In this document: positions 30,723 to 53,743 of the stretch, piece after piece | Numbering within the stretch: the stretch's first letter is position 1 | Layout of the letters: every line of letters starts with the position of its first letter | Notes under the pieces: generated by a model | The model's input: only the letters and a program-made list of their open reading frames with translations | Databases searched by the model: none | Told to the model about the DNA's origin: nothing | Assembly: GCA_012295275.1 (NCBI GenBank) | Contig: CM022674.1 | Coordinates: 7,378,001-7,442,000, forward strand | Source: Chrysomallon squamiferum | Lineage: Eukaryota > Animalia > Mollusca | DNA: 64,000 nucleotides | Direction of reading: 5' to 3' | Program-made: the position numbers and the translations under genes

Positions 30723-31597
30723 TAATAATAATAACATAAATGATGATGAGAATACAGTTGTTTAAGGAATGTTACAAATTATTCAGTTAAACGGTTTCTT
30801 AACAACAATATGAAAATCTATCTAAAAAAAAAAAAAAAAAATTTATTAATAAAAAAAAAAAAAAAAAAAAATTAAATAAAATAAATAAATAAATAAATTT
30901 AAAAATTAAATCTTTTAAAATAAAGAAAATACGTAAGTGACAAAGTAAAAAAAACCTTATGTCAAAAAATGAACTTTTTCTTTCGTTTTCTTCATTCTTT
31001 TTCCCGTCCCCATCAGAAAAAAAATGCTTAAACAACATTTTAAATTAAAAAAAATAAAAATACGTAAAAGTGACAAAAAAAAATAATTATAAATAATAAT
31101 TAAAAATAAAATAAAGAATCCTCTGAATAACGCAAACAAGTAAAAGTTTAAATACGTTTAGTATTCTTCAGCCGGTCTGCTTCATTTGTGTCGACAACCG
31201 AACTCAAAAATAAAACTGTGTGACAGTAAAATGCTATCAAACAATTTCATGGACGTGGCCATTTTTTTAATGGATTGGGGTAAGGGTAGCAGAGAAAAGT
31301 AAGAAAAGTTCCGAACTCTTGAATTATATTCAATAACAGGATCAATGTTTTTGTAAACAAGTAATATCTTCTAAAATATTAGACATGTCTCTAATAAGCA
31401 TGAAAATCGCGATGAAAATATATTCTTTATTAAACTGATAATGATAAATTTTATATGTGCTCAAGCTGCAAGTAAATTTTATACGCGCGCGCGCACACAC
31501 ACGCATTCTGTGTTGCTAGGTAACATTCATTCTGTAGAATAGACAAAATACAAAACGCTTGTGTCTTTTTATTAGTGTAAGATTATTTTTTGTAATG

Positions 31598-31651
<54 letters not shown>

Positions 31652-31771
31652 GTTTTTAAATTTTTTTTTTTTTTTTACAGCCATTGGTTTCCTTAATAAC
31701 TTTTTCTTGTCATTTCTAGAGTAAACATACTGTTATCATAATCAATCTTTGCTTTTCATAAAAGAAAAAAA

Positions 31772-31859
<88 letters not shown>

Positions 31860-33575
31860 TGAGAGACTGAGAGAGTTAATGAGAAAGATAAAAAGAAAAA
31901 GCAGATTAACCATGTACTTATATTACATACACTCATGCATACAGACACACACACACACACGGACACACGATACATATTTCTGCAGTATTTGAGATTAGCC
32001 ACAGATTAACATGGTATTCAACGTATGATACATCTAGGACAACGTACGTGAGAAAACTAACAATGTGTTTATCTCCTAGTTTTCTCAGTTCTGTTAATAT
32101 TGTTACATTTTACTCTATATCAGGTTTGGACGGAACATTCTAACAGTAAAAAAACCCCCAAAACCCCACTGTACCCTTGTCAGGCGTGCTTGAATTGGTC
32201 TTTGATGAAAACATCGCAAACACATTTTAATACATAAAACTTTGTTATGAAAAGATTTAATGATAAAGTTATCGTTTCAGAAATGTTTAGCCAATTTTAA
32301 TATTAAAGCTAATTGTTAGTCATGTGTATCATCATTATCGTCATTATTGCTGCTGTCGTTGTTGTTGCTGCAGTTGTTGTTGCTGCTGTTGTTGTTGTTG
32401 CTTCTGCTGTTGTTGTTATTTTTTTATATTATTAGTTATTATTTATTTTATTATTGCTATTACCAGTTGCTGTTAATATTACTTTCATCACATCATCATC
32501 ATCATCATCATCTTCATGGTGGTTGTTATTATTGTTATTGCTATTGCTGTTTCTAAAATTATCATCATCATTATAATTATAATAATCATTTGTATTATAT
32601 CTGTTAATATTTTATTATCGTTATAACTAGTTACTGTTATTATTACTGTCATCATCATTATTTTGTTGTTGTTGGTGCTGCTTTTATTTTCATTATTGCT
32701 TTTTTGTAAAGATTATAATACAGGAAATGATTATGATGATTATAAAAACAACAACACCAACAAATAATAATAGTAATGATAATAATAATCTGTGTCACAT
32801 ATGGTAAGTTTCGATAAAGAGGAATGAACGATAAGATAAGAGAGAATTATTATTAATTTTTTTTTCCATAAAAGTACACCACGATATAATATAATCTTTT
32901 TCAGTTCTTGTTGAATCTATTTTAGTATTTGGCGAATCTATTTTCGTTGTGACCTATTTTCAATATTAAATGCGGTTAAACGTCCAATTATTCATGAGGT
33001 GGATAACCTTGATAATACTTAAAGGACAAATTAGGGTGAACCTTGGTTATAAATAATAGTCAGATTAACTTTTAATCTGATCAGTTTCATCTTTTGTTTC
33101 ACGTTATTAAAACTAATTTATTTATTCATTTATGTAGATTAGTTTTGACGACGCTAATTGCTTGACAAGGTTTGATTCGCGATTGAATATTACCGGAACT
33201 ACTTTTTTCATTCGTGTTTCGTTCGTTTGTCAAAGTCAGCGCTGAATTCTGTTGAATTGTTGTTGTTGTTGTTTTGTAACATACAAACATTTATTTGCAG
33301 AATAATCTATGTATAATAATCATCTCTAAAATCTATTATTGAAAAAAAAAAAAAATGTTTAACAAAGATTGTGGGTTCTATTTCTGATATGTACAAACAT
33401 ATAATCTGCAGTTTGTAAGATAAAAAAGGGTAAAAAATCTATTTTTAATTCCAGTTACCCTATATTTGAAGATACGACTAGATATTATTATTATTATTAT
33501 TATTAATTTCTTTTCCAGATTTACAGTCAGGTTGTTGTGTAAGGTGAAGATCTTGTTCAAGTGTTTTTTTTCAAC

Positions 33576-34435
33576 ATGTATTTAAGAAACCTGACTTGTG
33601 TAGTCGTTGTTGTGCTAACAGTTTTCATCTCAGATGTCGAGGATGCCCCAGTGTCGGACATTAATTCTTTAATTAAAGAACTGTTCAAGAAAACGCAAAG
33701 TTTACAAGAAAAAAAGGACACCAAATATTTGCCGCCATTCTTTTGGCAGAAAGACAAAGGTGTGTACGCCAGTGAAGTGAAGATCTATCTACACGGTTCA
33801 CCGGAAGTGGCTTTCCTGCGCGATTCCTTTTCAATATTTGACAATAACATGTTCGCAACGTCATGGATTACCATTGCTCTCATGGAAGCCCATCTCTATG
33901 GAAAGGCACCGAAACCTACGTCACAGCAAATGCGGCTTGCACTGGATGCAGTGAACAGTTACCACGACAAAAACCGCCATTACAATTCTTCTATAATGAA
34001 TTTCTGGCCTCAGAAATATAACGCATCAGTGTCCTTCTGGCAGAGTTCTCCAGACAATCTCTATCATGTTTTAGACATCGTGCGTCTTCTTCCTGTGAAA
34101 ATTATTGAAAAGTTTCTTATATGGCTTGGATTAACAAAGGTCGAAAAAATGATGGATGACCTTTACACCCTGCTGTAAGTATTTTGTTGCTGTTGTTGTT
34201 GTTGTATGTACTGTGTCTGTAACAGACTGTTTTTGGTGGGTTTTTTTTAATGTCATACATTGTGAGATACCTTCGTTACTGTAGTAAAAACTACTACTAT
34301 TATCTGATTACTGCTAATACTACTACTGTTGCTGCTCTATTACTTCAACCATTTCTACTACTACTAATTCTACTATACTACTGCTACTACTACTGCTACT
34401 ACTACTTTTACTGCAGTTTCTATTATTGCTCCTTT

Positions 34436-34505
<70 letters not shown>

Positions 34506-36446
34506 GATAGATAGATAGATAGAAAGGTAGATAAATACAGATATGTTTATTTATGCACACATCACATACATGACCAAACAAATAGTAAATTAAACAAATT
34601 TTAGAAAATTTGTCGCGTATTTTTTTACTCTAGAGATTCAGCCAGCACTGCTTTCCGAATTCCTCCGGACTTCGACGACACCTTCTTGAACCTCGGTTTC
34701 GGAAGTCTTCTGCAGGAAATGAAATGGGATTTTCCCGCCGAACTGGCTTTGTGGAACGAACACAACACGAACGTGACGTCAGTATTCGCGGCAATGAAGA
34801 AATACGTGTACAGACCGTTCTCGACCGATAAAAACATCAACACTATCGACCCGAGAACCTACTTCTACATCAGACATTTTTTACTTGACGCGAAAAAGCA
34901 CTCGCAAGATGTCGCCCTTATAGCCACTTGGGTAAATCACGCAGACTAACTAGATGTAATATAATTAATTTTCATTTCTTTCCTTGTTTCTTTGTTTCTT
35001 TCTTTTTCATCTCAATTCTTTTTTTTTTTTTTTTTTTTTTTTTTTTATTTTTTTTTTTTTTATCTAATCATATTACAAAACTGATTTTACAAAATTTATC
35101 GTCGTGGTGAGGAAGATTTTCTATCTAAGACTTTTAGTCGAGCGCCATCATTACGACTAAAATGAATTTAACAGGGAAATGACATTATATTTAGGCTTAA
35201 TTACATCATTTGACTTCATATGTTCTTTTTATTATTATTATTTTAATTTTTACTCAGGTTCAAGACTTAGGAGAACTCTCACAGATGCACAAAAAAGGGG
35301 TGAAGATGCCTTTCAGTATTAACAACGTCGACGTCACTGTGGCAGCCAACTTCATTTACGGTGTGACGTCATCCGTACTGTCAGGACTCCAACCTCCAAG
35401 TATTCTCGACGATGAATTAATACAGGTTAGTGTGTGTCTGTGTATGTGTGCGTACGTGCGTATGTGTATATATATATATATATATGAAAGCGTGTTTGTG
35501 TGTATTTATGTGTGATCCTGTATGTGTGTGTTGGTCTGTTTCTCTATCAGTTTAACTGAATATTTGTGAGTATCAAATATCGTATCATAACAATGTTTTA
35601 AGATGCATGTAATATATATAGATATTAAATATCAATGAAGTGTGATATGTTACTCTCTGGTTAAACTCTTAGACTGAGAGCGACAGGTCGTCGGATCGAG
35701 GCGAGGCCACTGAGTAGTAAATATTACACATTTCAGAAAGTGCTGTTGAACACGACGTCGCTGATTGCGTACGAAATAAAAGCTGATTTCTTTGGACGAC
35801 GTGATCTCGCTCTCGTTTACTATCCGTCCGTGTTCGAGTTTTACTTCTTTGTAGCAAGGACGTACTCTTTACTTGAAACAACCGCAAAGAAACACGTTTT
35901 ACCACATAAGGTAAGAATTTATAATAGGTGTACCGACTTCTGCTGTTTTAGCTCGCCCTCCTCCTTCTGCTGCTACAACTACTACCACTGCTGCTACTAT
36001 TTATATTACTATTACTACTTCTACGACCACCACTACTTCTACTTCATCTACTGCTATTAGTACTTCGACTACGACTACCACTACAACTACTACTACTATT
36101 GCTGCTGCTGCTGCTACTATGACTACTACTATTACTCTAGCTACTGTCATTATACTATCATTCTTTCTTCTCCTATTATTACTAGCAGTATTAACAGAAT
36201 TTCTGTTTTATTGTAACAAATAAGTTAAGTTGTCATATAACTATTATTGGTGGAAATTTTAATCAAAATCAAAAGATAATAATAATAATAATATATGTCA
36301 AGTAATAGATAAATCTATTATAAATTTAAGATTTGTGTTTGCGTACTCGTTTATTGATTTTTATTTATTTATTTATTTGTTTGTTTATAAATTTATTTTT
36401 AAATTAATTAATTAATTAATTAATTCTTGTCAATGTTTGTGTTTTG

Positions 36447-36524
<78 letters not shown>

Positions 36525-36628
36525 GCTGCTTTTGTTTTCGTTTTTGTTGTTGTCGTTGTTATTATTATTATTGTTGTTGTTTTTGTTGTTGTTGTTATTA
36601 TTATTAGTAGTAGTAGTATTATGATTAC

Positions 36629-36707
<79 letters not shown>

Positions 36708-36733
36708 TATTATTATTATTGTTATTGTTATTA

Positions 36734-36798
<65 letters not shown>

Positions 36799-37204
36799 TA
36801 CTATTATTATTATTATTTTAAAGGTATTACATGAAGTGTTAGACATGTTGGCTCCTGTGTTGAAGACAAAAGCTACAGACGTTGTGCTGGGTGAGTCCAA
36901 GTCGCTGGGAGATGACATGATTTTCTTTGACGATTTTCTCGGAGACGGCGACCGCACTAAAGACAACAAAACACTGGTTTGTGCTGACACACTCAGTTTG
37001 ACCTTTCTTTTCTGATTAAACACTTCGATTGAATTAGTCCTCAGTTATAATTAAACTCTGCTGGCATTGATTTAGTCAGATAATCCTTAATTAAAAATAT
37101 AACTGTACAGATATTAATTTAGTCAAATGGTGTCATCAATTTTGTATAAGCTGCATTTATTTAAAGACAATTTTATTTATTTATCTTATTTATTTATTTA
37201 TTTG

Positions 37205-37248
<44 letters not shown>

Positions 37249-37281
37249 TTTGTTTGTTTGTTTGATTGTTTATTTGAATGT

Positions 37282-37332
<51 letters not shown>

Positions 37333-37466
37333 TTACGAGTAGGTGAGGGCTGAAGACAGGATTTTCACGACCGCTATGGCTGTCAATTTTCTTATTCGAA
37401 CTTGGACGTTGTTTGATGGAAACACAAGAACACTTTCCTGGATAAAAGGTAACAGGAATCATCATT

Positions 37467-37505
<39 letters not shown>

Positions 37506-37745
37506 TTCATCGTGTTGCTGTTGTTGTCTGTAGTAGTTGTGATGTGGATTTAAAAAGTTAACTTATAAACTGTAATATTAATTTTCAGGAACACCAAAAA
37601 ATGTTATAGACACCGTAACCAAGGCAACGAAGTGGCTTGTGACGTACACACTGTCTGGTGATTACAAACCTTGGAATACATTTTTCTCCGGTTCTGGGAA
37701 AGGTTTTAAGGTTCGACATATATTTAATAATTTATAAATGAATCT

Positions 37746-37806
<61 letters not shown>

Positions 37807-38188
37807 AAAATGCCTGATTTAAGGAAATAATCGGGCTTTTTAATTATTATTTTATTTGTTTTATACATTATATTTGTTTTTATTTTCATACAGAGTATGC
37901 CATTCTGGTATCCCATAAACAGACTGGAGTACTTGAACGGTACAAAAATTCGCGATCACAAACATTTTCCTAAAGGTTTGTTTATGCTGGGCGTCGAAGG
38001 CGTTATACCGGAAGCCGAGTACCTCGCCATGTGTAATCAGTCTCATTTTGGTAACAAGACGCCAAAGACATTTGACGGCTACAACACCGGCAACACTTTA
38101 TTTCCTTTCTGGACGTCAGACGCGTACACCTTACTCCGTGACGATGTTGGCGTTGTCTCAGTTTGAAAATATCGACAACGTGTACTAG
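33576..38188 (+). CDS. Copy A: uncharacterised secreted/luminal protein (~637 aa, 8 coding exons), DxDD-motif, putative class II terpene-cyclase-like alpha/alpha barrel; 1-nt insertion frameshift near the C-terminus
   Basis: Exons with GT-AG sites and consistent phases: 33576-34174, 34634-34931, 35258-35425, 35737-35910, 36824-36976, 37343-37448, 37589-37710, 37894-38188. The N-terminus MYLRNLTCVVVVVLTVFIS is signal-peptide-like and several N-x-S/T sequons are present. Motifs: DNNMFATSW, NFWPQ, IPPDFDDTF, IDPRTYF, NNVDVTVAAN, YYPSVFEFYFFVART, FFDDFLG. Exon sizes match paralogue B. As assembled, one extra base at ~38129-38132 gives a stop at 38166; removing it restores YSVTMLALSQFENIDNVY* ending at 38188. 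The gene model is well supported; the function is inference. Confidence 0.88.
36447..36817. repeat. Compound (TTA)n/(TTG)n/(TAG)n microsatellite in copy A intron 4
   Basis: Directly visible. The matching intron of copy B has a shorter tract (~53670-53770). Confidence 0.95.
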
Positions 38189-38789
38189 CGCGACGGTTGA
38201 AACAAGCACGAACATGTACTCTGACAAAACCCGCGAACTGAATTAATACACTTTTCTTTATTAATTTATGGCGAATGATCTTTTCTAATAATAATGTATG
38301 AAAATAAAATACTACTGGTAAGAACATGTTATAGTACTACCGGTTTGTCAACGTATTACTGTTCTTGTGACGTCATTTCGTTGATAGAGAACTCAACAGA
38401 AGTATTCCTTTCGTGAGCTTTAATACAATGATCTCTGCACAAAGACATTACATATCGGTGGTTTTATAAATTATTTTTATGTTAATAAGATTTTTATTTG
38501 TCACAGCTCAATGAAGACTGGTTGTGTACTGTTTGGTAACATTTTAATGTACATATTCGAGATGTCAGTAATTTTTATTATTTTTTTTTTGTGTGTGTAT
38601 ATTTTAGATATATACATATTGATTAACAGTTTAGTGTCTGTGAAATCTGATATGATTGATGTATTAATATCCTTACATGAAATTTTATGCAAATGAAATA
38701 AGATCAGTATATGTATACATGGGTTGCTATACAATAGCAACAGCAATAGCAACAACACATCAATAATAATAATAGTTTTATGTGTGTGA

Positions 38790-38825
<36 letters not shown>

Positions 38826-39712
38826 TTGTCGCCAGAAACAAGGAAAGTATACATATTTAAGTCGCATTTACTTATATATTGATACGACTAAAATCACTAA
38901 AAAATAAATAGGTGGTAACAGGTACTAAAGATTTTAAATTTATTTTATGATTATTTTGCACAAATTACATATGGATGTTTGTATTAATTAATAAATGAAT
39001 ATAAACAAGTAGTCTGTTTTAATTTTGTTTTCTTTATACTGGTTTGTTGTGTGTTGCGTGAGTGTGTGTGTGTGTGTGTGTGTGGGTGTGTGGGTGGGTG
39101 TGTGGATGTGTGGGTACTGACGTAGGTGAGTGCGGGCATAATTTTGTCTGTATGACTGAGTATTTGTGATTGTGAGGTTGAAAGAATGTGTATGTATCGA
39201 TGTACATAACTGCATTTTATATAATCATATTCGTACATGTGTGTATGTGTATTTGTCAGTTTTTAAGTGTATCGGTATGTATAACTGCGGGCTTTTTCAT
39301 TATTTTCGTAAATAATTATGTCTGTGTGTATGTATATTTGCGAGTGTGTGTATAATTATAATTTTGTTCATTATATTCGTACCTGTATCTGTGTGTGTAT
39401 ATTTGTACTATTGTTTGAGCTTACAATTATGGTGGTATGTATATATGTATATTTTATTATATTTGTGTGTACGTGTTGAAATCATATTCTTTAACAATTT
39501 TCTTTACAGTTCATAGGATATATTTAGAAATTCATTCAACACTTCTCAAAATATGATTAATATTAACTAAAAGTTTAATGTATCGACTAAACAGTTCCCC
39601 AAAACAAAATGGAATCAAACTGATAATTAAATTAGGAAAATTCAAAATTAAAACTCCAACCCCGGCAAACCAAAACAAAAAAATAAAAATAAATAAAATA
39701 AAATAAATAAAT

Positions 39713-39774
<62 letters not shown>

Positions 39775-40112
39775 TAATAGTAATAATAAAATAAGACATA
39801 AAATAAAAACGAACAAAATCAAATCAAAACATATCAAAATAAGACATATTTAAACAAAAATAACATAGAATAAAATAAAATAAAATAAAATAAATAATTA
39901 AAAAGAGTAAACAGTATAATGGTTAAATTCGAGAGTGAGTGAAACAACAACAACAACAATAATAAATATCCAGACATAAATCAAGTAAATGTTGTGATAT
40001 GATGCATCATTGCACTGTTGTAGCGGTCACACCATCGATCGGCTTTCATTAAATTGCAGAAAACAGGAGCGAGGCTAATAAAAGACAAGCGACTTCCGTT
40101 TAGAGACAGTGT

Positions 40113-40282
40113 TCAGTTGACTGTCGTTTAGTACAGAAAGGCGCCAGAAATTTTAATTTTTCTGACAGCTAATTGTTTTCGGATATCTACGTACGTACAG
40201 CATGTGGATGCTTCGCTTTATACTAGTTAGCTAAATAAAGCTGGAGATAGCAGTTCTGCTTTTTATTAAAACGAAATTAAAG
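40113..40282 (+). promoter_or_regulatory. Candidate TSS and non-coding first exon of NIT-GC
   Basis: An initiator-like TCAGTT lies at 40113-40118 with AT-rich TAATAAAAG about 35 nt upstream. A perfect donor AAG|GTAAGT at 40282/40283 is matched by the acceptor TTTCAG at 40966, 3 nt before the ATG. Confidence 0.5.
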
Positions 40283-40637
40283 GTAAGTTACATATAATAG
40301 ATTAATAAGTGTCATTTACTAAAATGAAATTAAAATAGCGTTTTGTTTTAGTAAAATAAAAGTAATTGTGGAAATTAATTAAATAATATATTTTAATGTG
40401 AGCTTTACTTTGTTAATTTGGTATTTTAATTTTATTCTCTACTGTTTATTATTTTAATTTTTGTTTTCGTTGTAAAAAAAATTGTCATTTTAGTTAATTA
40501 AATATTTTTTTCTTTTTTGTGAAACTAACCGCACTTAGTCTTTTGAATTTTCTTCGATGTGCTATTCCTAATTTTATATTTCAGCATTTGTCTAGTATCT
40601 CATATTACTGCATATCTGATGAAATATTAACAATATA

Positions 40638-40748
<111 letters not shown>

Positions 40749-40969
40749 TCTTTTCGTACATACAGACCGTTGTTGGTCTATCTTGTTAATATTTATCCCT
40801 TAACAACACTTCTCTCTGCAAAGACTATTTTGCATAAAACTAATTATGACGTCACAATGATTTGACGTCAGGCAATGTTAAGACGTTTGTAAATAATAAA
40901 CTTCAGACAAACATGACTGACGTTGTTTCTGCTATATCAAACTTTCTATTTTTCTTTCTCTTTCAGAAT

Positions 40970-49649
<8,680 letters not shown>

Positions 49650-49665
<16 letters not shown>

Positions 49666-49850
49666 ATATACCATTTTGAATATAGCAATTTTAAATATAG
49701 CAATTTTAAATTCAGCATTTTAAATATATGATTTTGTTTTATATAACATTTTAATTGTAAAATATATAATACACCATATTAAACATTATCATATTAAATA
49801 TAACATTTTAAATATACGGTTTTTGATAAAACATTTTAAATATTCAATAT
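49650..49850. repeat. Degenerate ~15-bp tandem repeat starting at the NIT-GC stop codon
   Basis: Units of AATATA(C/G)CA(A)TTTTAA; the first unit overlaps the last codons NIPY*. Confidence 0.6.
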
Positions 49851-49852
49851 TA

Positions 49853-49945
49853 TATAGAGTGGAACTGTCTTATAGGGACACCTGCAGGGCCCGACCAAAA
49901 TTATTCTTACAACACAGGTGTCCATTCATCGGAGGTACAAAATAT
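49853..49945. mobile_element. Possible terminal fragment of a non-autonomous DNA transposon (MITE-like)
   Basis: TA(G)AGTGGAACTGTCTTATAGGGACACCTG...CAGGTGTCC, with an internal inverted GGACACCTG/CAGGTGTCC pair, resembles TA-target MITE ends. The opposite terminus was not found. Confidence 0.3.
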
Positions 49946-50959
49946 AGAGACAATTTTATTTTATTTTGACATATTTACAATGTTTACTCATATCCATCAT
50001 CATACCAGGACCTATAGGAAACTGGTTTTCTCCTAAAAGACAATTGCTAACATGACGATTCATGTAAATGAAATATATTTTGCACTCATAAAACTCATAG
50101 TCAAGCATAACGTATATTTGTGTTTTACACAATACTGCTATTGAAGCCTCATTAGAAGTCAGATTTGTGTCAGCAGCAATCAAGTTTACGACGTCAGAAT
50201 TCCGCTAAGACGCTGTGTTTATAAAACGTAAATCTCATGGAATGACGTTGAATGTTTGAATTATCAAAATTACGTACCGAATGGCTTGAATTCGCACGGT
50301 TTTGCGGACAAGCATTTGGAGATCGCGGGATTTTGTGGTTTGATAAAAACAACACTGTCCAGTGCAGGAAACTGGCAACGCCATCTTTAAAAATATCGTA
50401 TAAAGCTGCTGTACAATAAAATTATTTATTTTAGAGAAAAACAAATTAAAATCGGAATGACTGTCCGGTTTGGCAGAGTAATAATAATTCAATTCGATTT
50501 AACTTCCAGATACAAAGTTGTGTCTGAATGAAAACAAAACTAATGTAATACATTTTTAAAGAGATCTGTTTGTGATTCATACCGAGAATAATTCAGATAC
50601 ATATAATTTCTTACTTTGTGAAAGTACTGTTATTCAAATATTATGAATATTAAACCTTTAAAATAAAAAGAAAAACAAAAAAAGTTTTTTTTTTTTTTTT
50701 TTTAAATTGAAATAAAAATAGGTACTTTTTAATTACAATTTTATTAAATATTATTTCTACAGTAAATGTCACTAGTCAGTTAGAACTGAATAGTATGCAT
50801 TATTATAATATTCATCTGTTATTTGTCTATATATGATCATACTTTGGTTGTGCTCTATTTTATTTCTTCATTGGACTAATTTAATTTTATTGTATTAATT
50901 TTAAAGGTTTTACTTCTTTGTTTTCGAAACTTGTATACATGTTTCTTTTCATAACAAAA

Positions 50960-51015
<56 letters not shown>

Positions 51016-51800
51016 GTTATTAGAGAATTTATTTATATCTCATTTAAATTATTGTGCTTATTAATAAAATGATTTTAAAATCGTATATTATGTATACATG
51101 TAAAGATAATTAATTTAAATTTATTTAATAATGTTTTGTTGAGTAATTATTATTCGTATATGCAAGAGAATATGTGTATATCAGATGTATGTTTGTACGT
51201 ATATGAGAGTATGTCTGTATATGTGTTTCTGTGTTTTTGTTAACCTGTTATTTAGAACATTAAAATAGTTAGAATATAAAAAAAAAAAAAAAAAAAAAAA
51301 AATACGTAATTTCTACCAACCTTGACTATATTTTTCATCGTAAGGAAATGCAAGAATATTTAGCGGAAACAATGACGAAATAATCGATTGTTACGGTATT
51401 CAAGGGAAGTAAAAACAAAATATCAATAAATGGAAAGTTTGTGTTCATGATTACCAACGTTATGTGATGACGTCAAAGTCATTATTACGTATAAGAGGTT
51501 ATCGTAGAACCTTTATCATTCTGTGTATACAATAGTGTGACCTTATGACGTAAAGTCAGCGCTAATCAGAAAATATTATGACAAAAAATTGTCATCGTTC
51601 ACAGTGTATTTTATGTATTTGTTTTTTTTCATCATCATCATCATCATCATCTTCTTCTTCTTCGTTAGTAGTAATAGTAGTCGTCGGCGTCGTTTTGGCA
51701 ATAGTATGAGCTCTTGTGGTAGCAGTAGTAACAGTAGAAATCGTTGTACTAGTTGGAGTAGTGGTGATGTAGTAGTAAATCGCAATCATTTACATCGAAA

Positions 51801-51866
<66 letters not shown>

Positions 51867-52287
51867 AAAATATATTAAAAATAAACACGGCTTTCTATAC
51901 TTTATAATTTCAAAACAAATCCGCTACTGAAATTCTGTTAAAAAATTCATTCACATTTATGGCTCGGTTAAAAATACTTTTGTCGTGGCAAAATGGAACA
52001 ACAAATGATTACAATTCTGACCAAGACTGATAATCAGAAAGAATTTTATGAAATGACGTCATTATGTAGGACAAAATGGCGGCGAATCTTTATTTTGTGA
52101 CTGCAAAACATTATCGTTATACTTTATTATTAGGAAAATATAGATGCCACATAAACAAATGAAAAAGTAACAAGATTGAAAAATATATTTGGGTTGTTTC
52201 ATCTTATCAGTCAAAGACTAAAATTTATATCCATATTACATCTTATCAAAGGAACGCGCTAATTATTATGTTCACGTTTGTAAGTCG

Positions 52288-52669
52288 CTAATATTCCCTG
52301 ACAATGTTTTCAAACTGAGACAAAGCTAACATCGCCACGGAGTACGTGTAAGCGTCAGATGTCCAGAAGGGGAAGAAACTCTTACCGTCGTTGAAGCCGT
52401 TAAATGTCGTTGGCGTCTTGTTACCAAAATGAGACTGATTAAACGAGGCGACGTACTGAGCTTCCGGTATAACGCCTTCGACGCCCAGCATAAATAAACC
52501 TTTTGGAAAATGTTTGTGATCGTGAATTTTTGTACCGTTCAAGTACTCCAGTCTGTTTATAGGATACCAGAATGGCATACTCTGTATGAAAATAAAAACA
52601 AATATAATGTATAAAACAAAAAAATAATAATTAAAAAAACCTTGACAATTTCCTTAAAACAGGCACGAC

Positions 52670-52767
<98 letters not shown>

Positions 52768-53283
52768 TTTATAAATTAATTATATCTCAAACCTTAAAAC
52801 CTTTCCCAGAACCGGAGAAAAATGTATTCCAAGGTTTGTAATCACCAGACAGTGTGTACGTCACGAGCCACTTCGTTGCCTTGGTTACGGTATCTATAAC
52901 ATTTAATGGCGTTCCTGAAAATAAGCATAATAATTCGTAAGTTAAATTTTTAACTCCGCAGCACAATTACTACTAACGACAACAGCAACACAATGGTGGT
53001 CATAATGACGATGATTATGGTGATGATGATGATATAATGATGATGCTATAATCCTGTTACCTTTTATCCAGGAAAGTTTTCTTGTGTTTTCATCAAAAAA
53101 CGTCCAAGTTCGAATAAGAAAATTGACAGCCATAGCAGTCGTGAAAATCCTGTCTTCAGCCCTTACCTAATCGTAATAAATAAATAAATAAATAAATAAA
53201 TAGACAATCAAATAAACAAACAAACAAACAAACAAACAAATAAATAAATAAATAAATAAATAAACAGCCAATAAATAAATGAA

Positions 53284-53318
<35 letters not shown>

Positions 53319-53696
53319 AACTGTCTTTAAATAAATGCAGCTTATATAGAATTAATGACACGGGTCTTAATTAATATCTGTACAGTTACATTTTAAATTA
53401 ATGATTATCTGACTAATTTAATGTGAGCAGAGTTTAATTATAACTGAGGACTAACTAAATCGAAGTGTTTAATCAGAAAATAAGGATCAAACTGAGTGTG
53501 TCAGCACAAACCAGTGTTTTGTTGTCTTTAGTGCGGTCGCCGTCTCCGAGAAAATCGTCAAAGAAAATCATGTCATCTCCCAGCGACTTGGACTCACCCA
53601 GCACAACGTCTGTAGCTTTTGTCTTCAACACAGGAGCCAACATGTCTAACACTTCATGTAGTACCTTTAAAATAATACTAATACTAATACTAATAC

Positions 53697-53743
<47 letters not shown>

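Noticed and set aside
35665-35712. tRNA-like fragment in copy A intron 3
   Set aside because: It has no cloverleaf, is too short, and is not preserved in copy B; at most a SINE remnant.
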